Assembly: GCF_044704955.1 (NCBI RefSeq)
Contig: NC_091993.1
Coordinates: 19,840,001-19,904,000, forward strand
From: Pristiophorus japonicus
Taxonomy: Eukaryota
Direction: 5' to 3'
Length of the DNA: 64,000 nucleotides
Shown: one piece after another, positions 37,807-50,117 of the stretch
How the letters are laid out: every line of letters begins with the position of its first letter
How positions within the stretch are numbered: position 1 is the first letter of the stretch
Made by a program: the position numbers and the translations under genes
The notes under the pieces: generated by a model
Told to the model about the DNA's origin: nothing
Seen by the model: only the letters and a program-made list of their open reading frames with translations
The model's database searches: none

Positions 37807-38463
37807 AGTGCATAATCTCAATGATGGGGAAGAGCCTTCTCCGAGATGCTGGATCTCCACAATGGAGCTCACCACCATGTGTTGGGGCTCAGCAGCGATG
37901 ATCTCCCCCCCGCCACCTCGCCCATCTCGCCCATCTCGCCCACGCCTCAACGTTGGTGCAGTGAATCAATTACAGAGCCCCTCCCCAGGAGGAGAGTATC
38001 AATGATAGGGTCCCACCTCCACCTCTAGGTACGAGAGTCTTGCCCGACTGAGACGCGTGTTGTTTTAAACAGTAAGATTCTCCTTTAAACGGGTATTGCT
38101 TCATGAAAGTGTACCGAATTCTGTCTCATTTTTGTCCAAACACATGACACAATGACGTCAGTTGTATTGAAACACATCAACGGGTTCGCCACGGGAGTGC
38201 AGCTCCCGAAACAAAGATATGCCAAACCCTTCACGCTCACCTGACCATTGCTTCATACCGCTTTATTTTCTAAAAGAAATGGCAGTGCGTCTACAATCGG
38301 ACGGCAGGATTCCACGTACGGGACCACGCCAAGAGGGACATTTATAATCAAGTGTGACACAAAATGTAAATCCATTTAAAGGCATTGTACAGATCTCCAA
38401 GTATTGTGGCTATGAAGTCAGCCTGCTGTCTCCCAGCCAGTCCTCCCAATTACAGGAGTGTCA

Positions 38464-38635
38464 GGATTCAGCAGAATGGCCCATCATATATACCACAGAT
38501 CCAAGGACTCAGGAAGATGGCCACCCACATATGCTGCAGAATCAGGGACTCAGCAGAATGGCCTCCTATATATACCACAGATCCCAGGACTCAGGAAGAT
38601 AGCTGACTATATATTCTGCAGATCCAGAGACTCAG
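38464..38635. repeat. 41-bp tandem repeat x4 with ABAB (82-bp) higher-order structure
   Basis: Units alternate GGACTCAGCAGAATGG..ACCACAGATCC and GGACTCAGGAAGAT..CTGCAGA. Confidence 0.88.
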
Positions 38636-39038
38636 AATCCTTCACTTCCACATCCTTGGCTAAATTCCAAGTGTGAAGGTAATGTGACTGAGGCCGTCAC
38701 CAACCATGGTACCCCCTGCCTAGGCTTCTCACTATCACCCATATCCCTACTCCACTGCATTCCCCTACTTCCTCCCTTGCCCTGTCTAAGCCCCTCGCTT
38801 GCCCCATTTGGCACTGGCCGGGTTAAAAGGTGGCATCAGGAGCAAGAGTTGTTTTGTGACAGGATATGATATTTTTTCACCCTCCACTTCATCGTATCAG
38901 TCTTTTCCAAAAGGAAGAACAGTTCGAAAAATGCACACCTGTCCACTGAGTCAGGATCTCTTCAACAGGTAGTGACTTCAACCAGAGAAGAGAACGGACT
39001 GCCAAGCTTTGGAAGACAGAGACTCCTTTCTGACTTTC

Positions 39039-42000
39039 TGTCATGCATGTACTTTTGGGATCACTAGCCACTAGATGGCATCACTGTTGGAGACCATTGG
39101 GCTTCACGCACGTGTGTGCAGCCCAAGTATAAAAGACCAGCCATTTTGTATATTAATCACTTTGGGCCTTAATAAAGCAGAGCCAAGATCATACCTCTTG
39201 GGAGTTAAACAGTACTCAGTCTAACAGATATTGCACAAACAACATTTGACGACGAGGCAACAAGAACCTTTGCATGCAAAAATGAGCACAATTGGATTGT
39301 TGGAGCGATTCGTGGAAGGAGAAGACTAGGCAGTCTTTGTGAGCCATTTGAGCCAGTTCTCCATGGACAACAAAATGGAGGAGGTCGGCGACGCAGATCG
39401 GCGCCGGGTGGTGTTCCTCATGGTTTGTGGTCCAAAAATTTATGGTCTGATAAAGAATCTACTCCTGCCTGTGAGTCCAACAGAGAAGAATTGTGTACAC
39501 TGGTACAGGGCCACCTTAAGCCAGACGAAGGCATCATCATCTCGAGACACAGATTTTACATGCACGTTCGCTCAGAGGCCCAGAATGCAGCAGGATTCAT
39601 TGCCGACCCGAGAGGTCTAGTGGGACAGTGTAAGTTCGGGGTTGTGTTGGCAGACATGCTGCGGGACTTCTTTGTAATCGGCATCAACCACGAGGTGATC
39701 GTGCGTAAACTACTGGCGGTGGAGACGTTGGACTTGAACAGGGCCATGACAATCGCTCAGTCATGCATGACGACGGCTCGAAGTCTAAAGCAGATATCAG
39801 TGAAAAATCGAAACTATGCAAGTACTGTAAATATGATTGATTCGGCGTTCAGCAGAACGGCACATGGCAGGGCCTATCCGACTGCATACGCGAAACCTGT
39901 GGCTGCCCAAAGTCCACCAGCGGGAATGCATCAGATTTCTCCATGTTGGCATTGTGGGGGAAATCACCGGCACCAGCAGTGCTGATTTAAGCAATATAGC
40001 TGCAAAGGCTGTCTAAGAGTGGGACATCTCCAGCGCAAGTGTCCGCAGATGAACAAACGTGCTGCGACATACCACATGGAGGATGGTGGTCAGACTAGCG
40101 CGGATCTTGATACGTAATCCGAGATACCAGAGGAGGAAGTGTATGGACTGTACTCGTTCCGAACCTAAAAGCAAACCGATAATGATCAACGTGAAATTTA
40201 CTGGGGTGCTGGTATCGATGGAACTGGACATGGGGGTGAGTCAATCGATAATGAGCCAGAGGGCATTCGACAAGCTGTGGGATACTAAGGCTGTGAGGCC
40301 CAGGCTGAGTCCAGTCAATGTCAAGTTGCACACGTACACCAAAGAATTTATAATGGTGATTGGCAGTGCCATAATTTAAGTGTCGTATGATAGTGTGACT
40401 CATGAGTTACCGCTACGGATTGTCCCAGGCAATGGCCCAACGCTGTTTGGCAGGAACTGGCTTGAAAAAATCAAATGCAATTGGAACAACATCAAGGCGT
40501 TGTCGTCAGAGGAAAATACATGTGCCCAAGTACTGAGCAAGTTCCTCTCGCTGTTCGAACCAGGCATCGGCAACTTCACGGGAGCCAAGGTGCAGATCCA
40601 CGTGGACTCAGATGCAAGACCCGTCCATCATAAAGCTCGGGCAATTCCGTATATGATGAGGGAGAAGGTCAACATCGAACTGGACAGACTCCAGCGTGAA
40701 GGAATCATATCACCGGTTGAATTTAATGAATGGGCCAGCCATATTGTTCCTGTGCTGAAAAGTGATGGCACATCAGAATCTGTAGAGACTACAAGGCTAC
40801 GATCAACAGGGTTTCGAAACAGGATCAGTACCCTTTAGCAAAGGCTTGTTTGCAACGGTAGCCGGGGAGAAGTCATTCACCAAACTGGACTTGACGTCGG
40901 CCTACATGACACAGGAGCTGGTCGAGACGTCGAAGAGACTTACTTGCATTAACACACATAAAGGACTGTTCATTTATCACAGGTGCCCTTTTGGAATTCG
41001 CTCGGCTGCAGCAATATTTCAGAGGAACTTGGAGAGTCTACTGAAGTCCGTTCCCAGAACTGTTGTGTTCCAAGATGATATCCTGATCAAAGGTCATGAC
41101 TCCGAGGAAATCTAAACAACCTGGAAGAGGTTCTACATCGTCTGGACAAAGTGGGAGTCAGACTGAAATGCTTAAAGTGCATCTTCATGGCACCAGAGGC
41201 CAAATTCCTGGGGAGGAAAATTGCTGCTGACGGCATCGGGCCCACGGACGCGTAAACCAAGGCCATCAAGAGTCACCCAAGCCGCAGAATGTGGCGGAGC
41301 TGTGGTCGTTCCTGGGTCTACTCAACTATTTCGGTAACTTCCTAACTAAATTGAGTACCTTATTAGAACCACTGCACATGCTGCTAAGAAAAGGCGACAA
41401 CTGGGTGTGGTGTACATCTCAAGACAGAGCTTTTGAGAAAGCCATTAATCTGCTTTGCTCTATCAAGCTGCTGGTACATTATGACCCATGTAAACATTTA
41501 GTATTGGCCTGTGATGCTTCATCATATGGAATTGGTTGCGTACTCCAATAAGCTAATGTGTCAGGTAAACTTCAATCAGTCGCGTATGCTTCAAAACATT
41601 TGTCTAAAGCGGAAAGAGCCTACAGCATGGTAGAGAAAGAAGTACTAGTCTGTGTGTATGGGGTTAAAAAGATGCATCAGTATCTGTTTGGTCTTCGGTT
41701 TGAACTGGAGACAGATCACAAGCCGCTCATTTCATTGTTCTCGAAAACAAAGGTATCAATACAAATGCTTCATCCCGCATCCAGAGGTGGGCGCTGACAT
41801 TATCTGCTTATGATTATGTCATTCGCCATAGAGCTGGCACCGAGAATTGTGCCGATGCTTTGTACCGTCTGCCGTTGCCCACACCGGAGGTGGAAACGTC
41901 ACAACCGGTGGACCTATTGTTAGTCATGGATGCTTTTGAGAGTGAAGGAACCCCTGTCAAGGCTCAACAAGTTAAAACCTGGATCAGCCAGGACCTGATT

Positions 42001-43487
42001 TTATTGGTGGTGAAGAGTTGCTTCCTCAAAGGTGATTGGTCTGCCATATCCAAGCAAATGTGCGAGGAGACCAAACTTTACATTCGTCGCAAAGACGAAC
42101 TGTCTATTCAGTCGGATTGTATCCTGTGGGGCAATCGTGTTGTTATGCCCAAGAAAGGGAGAGAGAAATTTGTACATGAGCTACATAGCACATATCCCAG
42201 CATTGTAATGATGAAAGCCATCATCAGGTCTCATCTGTGGTGGCCAGGAATTGATTCTGAGCTGGAATCATGTGTGCATCAGTGCAACATTTGCATGCAG
42301 CTCAGCAAAGTACCAGCGGAATCGCCATTGAGTCTGTGGTCATGACCATCCAAACCATGGTCCAGGATCCAGATAGACTTTGCAGGTTCCTTCCTGGGGA
42401 AGATGTTTTTATTTGTGGAGAATGCATATTCGAAGTGGATAGTGTGTATAATCATGTCATCCAGCACATCCACAGCTACTATTGAGAATCTCAGTGTCAT
42501 GTTCACGACACATAGTCTGCCTGACGTCATTGTTAGCGATAACGGATCATGCTTCAGCAGTCAGGAGTTTCAAGAGTTTATGAAACTCAATGGTATCAAA
42601 CATGTAAGGTCAGCACCGTTCAAACTTGCAACCTATGGACAAGCAGAATGTGCTGTCCAAATCATAAAGCAGAGTATGAAGCGAGTAACCCAAGGGTCAC
42701 TGCAGGCCTGCCTGTCATGCATACTGCTGATTTACAGGACAAGACCACACATGCTTACCTGGGTCTCGCCTGCTGAACTAATGACGAAGAAAGGTCTTAA
42801 TACCGAGCTATCTCTTGTACACCCTGACTTGAATAATCATGTTGAATATAGAAGACGAAGACAAAGTCAGCAAGGGTATCACGATCGCGCAGCTGTGTCA
42901 CGCGATATTTCTGTAAATGATCCTGATATGGATATGGATCAGAAAATGATATGGATCAGACAAATCTGCGGCACACAGATAAACCGGAACAGTGGAACGA
43001 AGAGACAATCGGCGACCAACCAACCTACCCCCAGTCATCAGAGGACTCAGTGATCATCAGTGAATCTGAACTTTCAATCACTGACATGTTCAATGAAAAT
43101 GGACTTTCAATCCCTGACATGGCCATGGCCATTCGCACCAGGTCAGCCACCCAGCCACCAGTCACAACAGACTCTGAACACTCACCCAAGGCTGGAGTTG
43201 AACTGAGACGGTCAACCTGGGAGCGTAAAACACCGGATCGTCTCAATTTGCAAAAGACTGTTAATATCTCAGAGGGGGGCATTGTCATGTATGTACTTTT
43301 GGGTTATTAGCCATTGGATGGCGTCACTTTTGGAGGCCATTGGGCTGCGCGCACATGTGTGCAGCCCAAGTTTAAGAGGCCAGCCATTTTGTATATTAGT
43401 CACTTTGAGCCTTAATAAAGCAGAGCCAAGGTTCATACCTCTTGGAGTTAAACAGTATTCAGTCTAACAGTTATTGCGCACACAATA
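39039..43487 (+). mobile_element. Full-length decayed Ty3/Gypsy (Mag-like) LTR retrotransposon, family B
   Basis: LTRs 39039-39244 and 43283-43487, perfect TSD CTTTC, PBS TGACGACGAGG 39247-39257, PPT AGAGGGGGG 43271-43279. Confidence 0.97.
39282..43250 (+). pseudogene. gag-pol polyprotein pseudogene, many frameshifts and stops
   Basis: CWHCGGNH..C knuckle, MELDMGVSQSIM protease, RT FQDD, CDASSYG..ETDHKPL RNase H, integrase SDNGS. Confidence 0.95.
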
Positions 43488-44159
43488 CTTTCTATAAAAG
43501 AATAACATGCCTCCGGCGGGGGCGCTAATGCAACACTCAAGTCAGAAACACATGCTTCAGCAACATTAGGATTGTAAATGAAAGTAATATTAACCCAGAA
43601 AGGAATAAAATTAAAAAATATACTGAACAAATGAGTCGAAGGTTGTCGCAGGTTGACGCGTGATGGAGGAAGGCATGCAGGTGATCCACAGGTGCATTAT
43701 CTCTGGGTCTCTCTCGTGGAATGACGGGGGATCAGAGATGTACAATGGAATTTCATGCCTTGTCAGTGTCACAAAAGCTCCACTAGCCTTCGACTCAAGG
43801 CCAGCTGATATGGGCGAAGGAAGAGAGCATTGTCTTCAGCTATCTGCAGCTTTCAATCGATGTTCCAATTATTGCCATACCTTGACATTTAGCAGCTTTT
43901 ATGAAACATTACACTCGATTTGGGCAGCAGTAACTCAAGTCCTGGCCTTACAATGCAACATAACACGGAACATCTGCCAGCACTAACTCACAGACCTGAA
44001 AATAAACTCCATTCCATTAGATATTTGCTGTTATCGGTTGTCATAACAACATTGGATGCAGCTTTTTAACCTTTTCTGGAAGCCACACTGTTTCTGTTCG
44101 GAGTATAAAGATTAATTTCAGTTTATTTCGAGAATTATTTAAACAAAGCAATCATCGTA

Positions 44160-44760
44160 TCACAGAAAATTACAACATAGAAGGAGGCCATTTGGCCCAT
44201 CGTGTCCGTGCCGGTTGAAAAAGAGTTACCCAGCCTAATCCCACCTTTCAGCACTAGGTCCGTAGCCTTGAAGGTTACGACTCTTTAAGTGCACTTCCAA
44301 GTACCTTTTAAATGTGATGAGGGTTTCTGCCTCTACCACCCTTTCAGGCAGTGAGTTCCACACTCCCACCACCCTCTGGTAAAGAAATGTTTCCTCATCT
44401 CCCCTCTAATCCTTCTACCAACTACTTTAAATCTACGGGAGAGATGGAGGACTCTAATAGAAATGTTCAAAATTAATAGGGTTTCAGAGATTAAAAGATG
44501 ATTTCTATTGGTTGGTGAATTGGGAACGAGCCCCAAGGTGAGAAACAGTATGAGCAGCAAAAAGGGGCAGTTTGGAAGAAACGTTTTCATGTAAAGAATA
44601 TGAAATGCATTCTTACAAGTAACGACTGAAACGGAATCAATCGTGACATTTAAGTGGGAATTAAATGAACGCTTGAATGTTAAAAGCTAAAGGGAAAGAG
44701 CAAAGGAATGGGATTAGCCTAGGGTGCTCTGGTGTGGAGACTGCGCTAAATGACCTCCTT
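44160..44760. mobile_element. Two CR1 3' fragments in opposite orientation (44160-44437 minus; 44438-44760 plus, older)
   Basis: GEMRKHFFT on minus; GACTCTAATAGAAATGTTCAAAATT on plus. Confidence 0.72.
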
Positions 44761-45491
44761 TGAACTGAATTCACCAGATCTGGGCACTTTTTCAAATACT
44801 ACTTTTAGAATATCAGACTCACATTAAAAGGAATTGCCAGTGTTTGGTAGATTAAAGAACAGACAGATTTGAAAGAGTGCCATACGTCTGCGTAGTGGTC
44901 TTACTACAATAAAACATGAGCTAAACGAATGTTAGGAAAATCTTCCCAAATCACCAACATAACAAATTATAGCAGAATAGCTTGTCCTAGGGCAACAGGA
45001 ATCCGATAAATGGATCTGACTAGCCATGTTCTTCCCATTTCAATATAGTAATTGGTCTTTGAGTAAGAAATCCAGCCTACGCAACATCACTTCATCTAGA
45101 GCACTCTTGGGCATTACAATCTCCTTCTATTCAAGTTTTTTCTATGAAATTTGTCGAAAAATTAAGGACAATTGTGTCTGGTGATTCAGCTGCTGTAGCA
45201 GATTCCCTGGAGGCCACACAGTCTGAATCTGAGCCTTGGCAATTAATCAGCCTTGGCTCTATTAATCAGCCTGGGATCTATTAATCAAACTCAGCTCCAT
45301 GGGCAAGTTCCACTGTGTCTCATCTTGAACAAATCATGGAACTAAAGGTCCAATTGGATTTGGTGTCAAAGGTCACTCGCTGAGGGATGTGAGCGGGTTT
45401 TTCATGTGCCGAGCTGTGGCAGAGTCAGTTGCCTTGACGCAAACTTTACCTGACATGAGGACGCAAGACAAATAGTGACATCTTGCTGATT

Positions 45492-45935
45492 AACAACAAC
45501 AATTTGTATTCATATTGTGCCTTTAACGTAATAAAACGTCCCAAGGCGCTTCACAGGAGTATTATAGACAAAAAATGTGACACCAAGCCGCATAAGGAGA
45601 AATTAGCACAGGTGATCAAAGGCTTGGTCAAAGAGGTAGATTTTAAGGAGGGTTTTAAAGGAGGAAAGAGAGGTAGAGAGGCGGAGAGGTTTAGGCAGGA
45701 AATTCCAGAGCTTCGGGCCTAGCAACAGACGGCACGGCCACCAGTGGTTGAGCGATTATAATCAGAGATGCTCAAGAGGGCGGAATTAGAGGAGTGCAGA
45801 CATCTCGGTGGGGGGGGGGGGGGGGGGGGGCGGGGACGGTTTGTGGGGATGGAGGGATATTACAGAGACGGGGAGGGGTGAGGCCCTGGAGGGATTTCAA
45901 AACAAGGATGAGAATTTTGAAATCGAGGCGTTGCT
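45492..45935 (-). mobile_element. L2 LINE 3' end
   Basis: AACAACAAC tail; QRLDFKILILVLKSL. Confidence 0.9.
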
Positions 45936-46614
45936 GAGGAGCACAATAACAATATTGAACAAGTAAGTAAACCAAAAAGAATAATAAGGCTTCCTTATTA
46001 TTCAGTATCCAGTGATAATGTTGTGGTCACAGGGCGTCCTGCCAGAACTATCAGAATCTACAGACAGTCTGATCTGTTCGCACTAGTTTATCATCAGTGA
46101 TTTGAATCCACGAGCATTATTTTGTGCCAGGCTTTAGCAGCAATGCACACTGAATAGTTAAAAAGCTGAGATTGTGGGAAATATGGACTGACCATCCAGG
46201 GTGTTGGATTATTCCTGTGATTAGGTTTTTCTGTGAGACAAACTGGTTCCTCATACATTATTCTGATCAGCGCTGATACAATCAGTGCTGCTAACGATTG
46301 CACGGTAATTGTGGCTGAATGGACACTCACCATTATTTCCCCGCTTAGTCATATAATGCCCGAATTACAGGCATCAGACACGGTACTTACATCTGCTAAT
46401 CCAATAATGATTCGGTTACGGTCCAGCCTGAGGATTACGTATCTAAAACAGCCAAGTCTCACAGGAGAAGTTAGCAGTTTTGAGAATCCAGGAAACAAGG
46501 CTGCACTTGAACAGACAAAGCCCACGAAAAAGTTCCCATCAGAGAATCTCCCATTAGTGGTGGAGAATGGGGACATGCATTGGCAAACCACTGACTCCCA
46601 CATATTCAGGACGA

Positions 46615-47218
46615 GTAAGACCCTCATCTATGCCTTTGTTACCTCTAGACTTGACTATTCCAATAAACTCCTGGCTGGCCTCCCAACTTCCACCCACCAT
46701 AAACTGGAGCTCATCCAAAACTCTGCAGCCCGTGTCCTAACTCACACCAAGTCCCGTTCAGCCATCACCCCCGTGCTCGCTGACCTCCATTGACTACTGT
46801 TTGAGCAACACCTCAATTTTAAAATTCTCATCTTTGCTTTCAAATCCCTCTACGGCCTCGCCACTCCCTAGCTCTATAACTGCCTCGAGCCCTACAACCC
46901 TCCGAGGTATCTGCATTCCTCCAGTTATGGCCTCTTACGCATCCCCGATTTTAATCACTCCAACATTGGCGACGTACCTTCAGCTGCTGAGGCCCTAAGC
47001 TCTGGAAACCCTCCCTCAACCTCTCCGCCTCTCCACCTCTCTCTCTTCCTTTAAGACACTCCTGAAAACCTACCTCCCTGATCAAGCTTTTGGTCATCTG
47101 CCTGAATCTCTCCTTATGTGGCTTGGTGTTAAATTTTGTTAGTTAACACTCTTGCAAAGAGCCTTGGGATTTAACGTTTTGCTACGTTAAAGGCGCTATA
47201 TAAATGCAAGTTGTTGTT
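46615..47218 (+). mobile_element. L2 LINE 3' end
   Basis: TLIYAFVTSRLDYSNKLLAGLP..LIQNSAARVLT..ITPVLADLH; tail GCAAGTTGTTGTTG. Confidence 0.93.
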
Positions 47219-47463
47219 GCGAGGGCATAGATTCAGGATTGTGAAGGACTTGTCGATGAAAAGGCAGGGAGAGGAAACATGGAAGGTGAGTTGGGAAGCA
47301 GCACAATGCATCCCCACCCAATTTTTTGTCCATTTTTCACTGCTTCACTGCTAATTTAGCACAGTATAGTAGAGGACAATTCAAGCCATGGTGTCTCTGT
47401 CTTTATTCCAAACCCCTCTGTTTCACTGTGCTCTGATGACATCATTGAATCTGGATCACCAAG

Positions 47464-48127
47464 TGGGCGAAATTTGCCCCGCACCCGGTTTTCGGCGCAT
47501 ATTTTGAATGAAAAGAAAATGTAGTGCCCGTCGAGATAGGCCGCTAAACCGGGCAGAATTGGGGTCTTACAGCAAAAAAAATGTGGGGCGGTAATGGGGC
47601 GGTTGCCGGGCGCAACTCTCAGACATCAGTGCGGCGCTAACAAGCCACGTCATGCTGACACGTCACAAGGTCTCTCCCCTTCAGGGCCGCTGCGAACTCT
47701 GCAGCCACTTTAGCGGCGCCCACTGGGCCCCCAGAGAGGGTGTGGGCCAGGCCAGCGGGCCGGCACCCAAGCGGGATTGCCGTGCTGCCTGTTGGCGGTA
47801 CAGCCACACCAGCAGCCGCCATCGTCAGGCCGACTAAAAAAATCGGCTGGCACAGAAAATATGGCAGTGGCAGCGCTAGCACCTCCCCTTTAAGAGTGGC
47901 CGGGGCACCCCAGCCACCAGAGTTTCTCACCCGGCGAAGCTGTCGGTGGCATTGCCCCATGCCAATCCCGTGTCCTCCGTGGAGCGCAAAGGGATCGGCG
48001 CTCGGCGATAAAGGGTCAGCACGCGTGCCGAGCCCCGGGGCCAATTCCGGGGGTGGGCGCTCTGGCTCTTTAACGCCCCACTCGCGACTCCCAGAGGCAC
48101 TAACTCAGCGGGGCAATTTCAGCCCCC
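47464..48127. mobile_element. Harbinger-type MITE
   Basis: Imperfect TIR TGGGCGAAATTTGCCCC..GGGGCAATTTCAGCCCCC, 3-bp TSD AAG. Confidence 0.8.
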
Positions 48128-48418
48128 AAGAGTCCGTTCACTAACCAAAACCAAGTTAATCTAGCATCAAGAAAGATTGGAACTCAATAATTTGTTTCTG
48201 TTGCCGCTCTTGCTTAGTTCTATACACAAAAGCTAATCAACAGGGGTTTGGGAGATGGATCACTAAAACTATTGATTCAATGTTCTCACGTAGTTAAGAA
48301 AGCAAATAAAATGTTGGGGTGTGTAGCTGGGATATGTCTAAAGAGGTGATGCTGAAGTTATATTGGGCCTTGGTGAGGGGGCACCTGGAACAGTGCGTTT
48401 AGTTTTCGTTTCTGTAAA

Positions 48419-49049
48419 GGGCTGGATTTTCTGGTCTTCTGCGCTCCGTCTTTCGCCCCGGAGCGGCAGCAATGAGGTCTTCTGGGCAGGCGGTCAGCCT
48501 CCAGTGCCCCGCAGCGATCCTCGGGTCTGGTTTTGCGGAGGCGCGGAGCAGCACCGCCCGGAACAGCGGGGCCAGTGTGCAACGCCCCTGGTTGCGACAA
48601 CGGCGCGAGTTTGAGCTCCTGCCCGACTCATCCGCCCGGAAGTGCGCCCCGCAATGACCGCCTGGGAAATCGGGGCCGTCCAACTATCCTGTCGGCGAAG
48701 AGGTGAGTAATGGACTCCTGAGGTAAGTGCGATTGTTTTTTCTTTACATTTTATTTCGATTTGCGTTGAGGTGGCGTGGACAATGTTTTGGGAATGTTTT
48801 TGTGGGTTTGTTTTCTTTCCGCTCCCCCCAGGCATCTATCGGAGCGCTCCTGGCCCGGCTCTTTAGCTCTGGAGTTTCCCATCCTTGCGCCCAAGAGAGG
48901 TGTACAACGCCTCCCTTCACACTGCGCCCCCTGACGCAGGGCCCAGATGGCCAAACTTACCGACTGAGGCGCAGACTATTCCCGGCCGCTAACTTTCCCA
49001 CTCTGCCGCCATTATCGCCCCAAAAACATACAAGCCTAAAATCCAGCCC
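48419..49049. mobile_element. Harbinger-type MITE (copy 2), inserted in an old CR1 fragment
   Basis: TIR GGGCTGGATTTT..AAAATCCAGCCC; collinear with 14515-15121. Confidence 0.88.
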
Positions 49050-49224
49050 ACAGAGCTATGAGAGAGAATCCAGAGAGAGCTGCAGCGATGATTCCTGAAC
49101 CTGGGGGCTGTGTTGTGGGGAAAGATTGTCGGCCCTGGATGAGGGGGGGGGGCTTGACAGAAGTCTAAGATTTTCAGGGGTATGGAGAAATTAGTTTGGG
49201 AACACCATCACCTCCAAATTCCCC

Positions 49225-49660
49225 TCCAAGTCACACACCATCCTGACTTGGACAAATATCGCCATTCCTTCATCATTGCTGGGTCATAATCCAGGAACTG
49301 CCTCCCTAATAGCACTGTGGGAATACCATCACCAAATGGACTACAGCGGTTCAAGAAAAAGATTCAGCCACAGCTTCTGAAGGGCAACTAGGGATGGGCT
49401 ACACATTGCTATTCAGAACTAGTTGGTTTATTAACTAAGGTTTAACAATCACACTACACATTACCAGTTCATCCACTAGACTCACAGCTGCATACCTCAT
49501 CGTGGATGACCTAGACCCAACTGACTGGGGTTGTATTGAGTCTTGTGACTATCACGTGACTGGCTAAGCCACTCACAATGCAACAAGCTCTACCCAAACC
49601 TGTGAGCTTGCTCACAGGTGCATACATTGCCAGCGATGCCCACGGTCCTGAGAATGAATT
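49225..49660 (+). mobile_element. CR1-like 3' end containing a partial family C LTR (49403-49630, minus)
   Basis: CCATCCTGACTTGGA..GGGCAACTAGGGATGGGC | LTR | GCCAGCGATGCCCAC. Confidence 0.8.
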
Positions 49661-50117
49661 TTTTTTGAATACAGGAAAGCTCCTGTTGAGCAAGGACCAG
49701 GAGGACACAAATTGAGGATATCAAAGGAGAATAAGAAATTTAGGCCAGATTTTTTCAAAAAGGGGATCATAGAATTGTAAAACAAATTACCAGCAGAGGT
49801 GATGGAACAGAAAACCATGGCAGTTTTTAAAAAAGGACTGGCTGAATTCCTCTCAGCAAATATTGGTTCTTGAATCGTGTTAAGGAAAGTGATGAAAGAT
49901 TTGGAAGGGTGGGCAAGATATACCAGTGCTCTTCTTCAGCCCAAAGCTTTAATATGTTATGATGTTACAATGTAGTAAGTTCCAAGTTGCTTCAAGTCAT
50001 GACTCGATAGTGCCTGGCACTTCCTGATGACCAGTTACAGGGGGCAGCAGCAGCTCAAACTGAAAGTGGATATAAATAAAGGGGGCACCTACTCTCACTA
50101 CCTGGTAAACATGAATT

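Noticed and set aside
37353-38005. Pro-rich and Gly-rich ORFs in all frames
   Set aside because: Translation of low-complexity CCCCT repeats
46233-46793. 186-aa ORF
   Set aside because: Only the C-terminal ~60 aa are meaningful (L2 ORF2); the rest is unrecognised read-through
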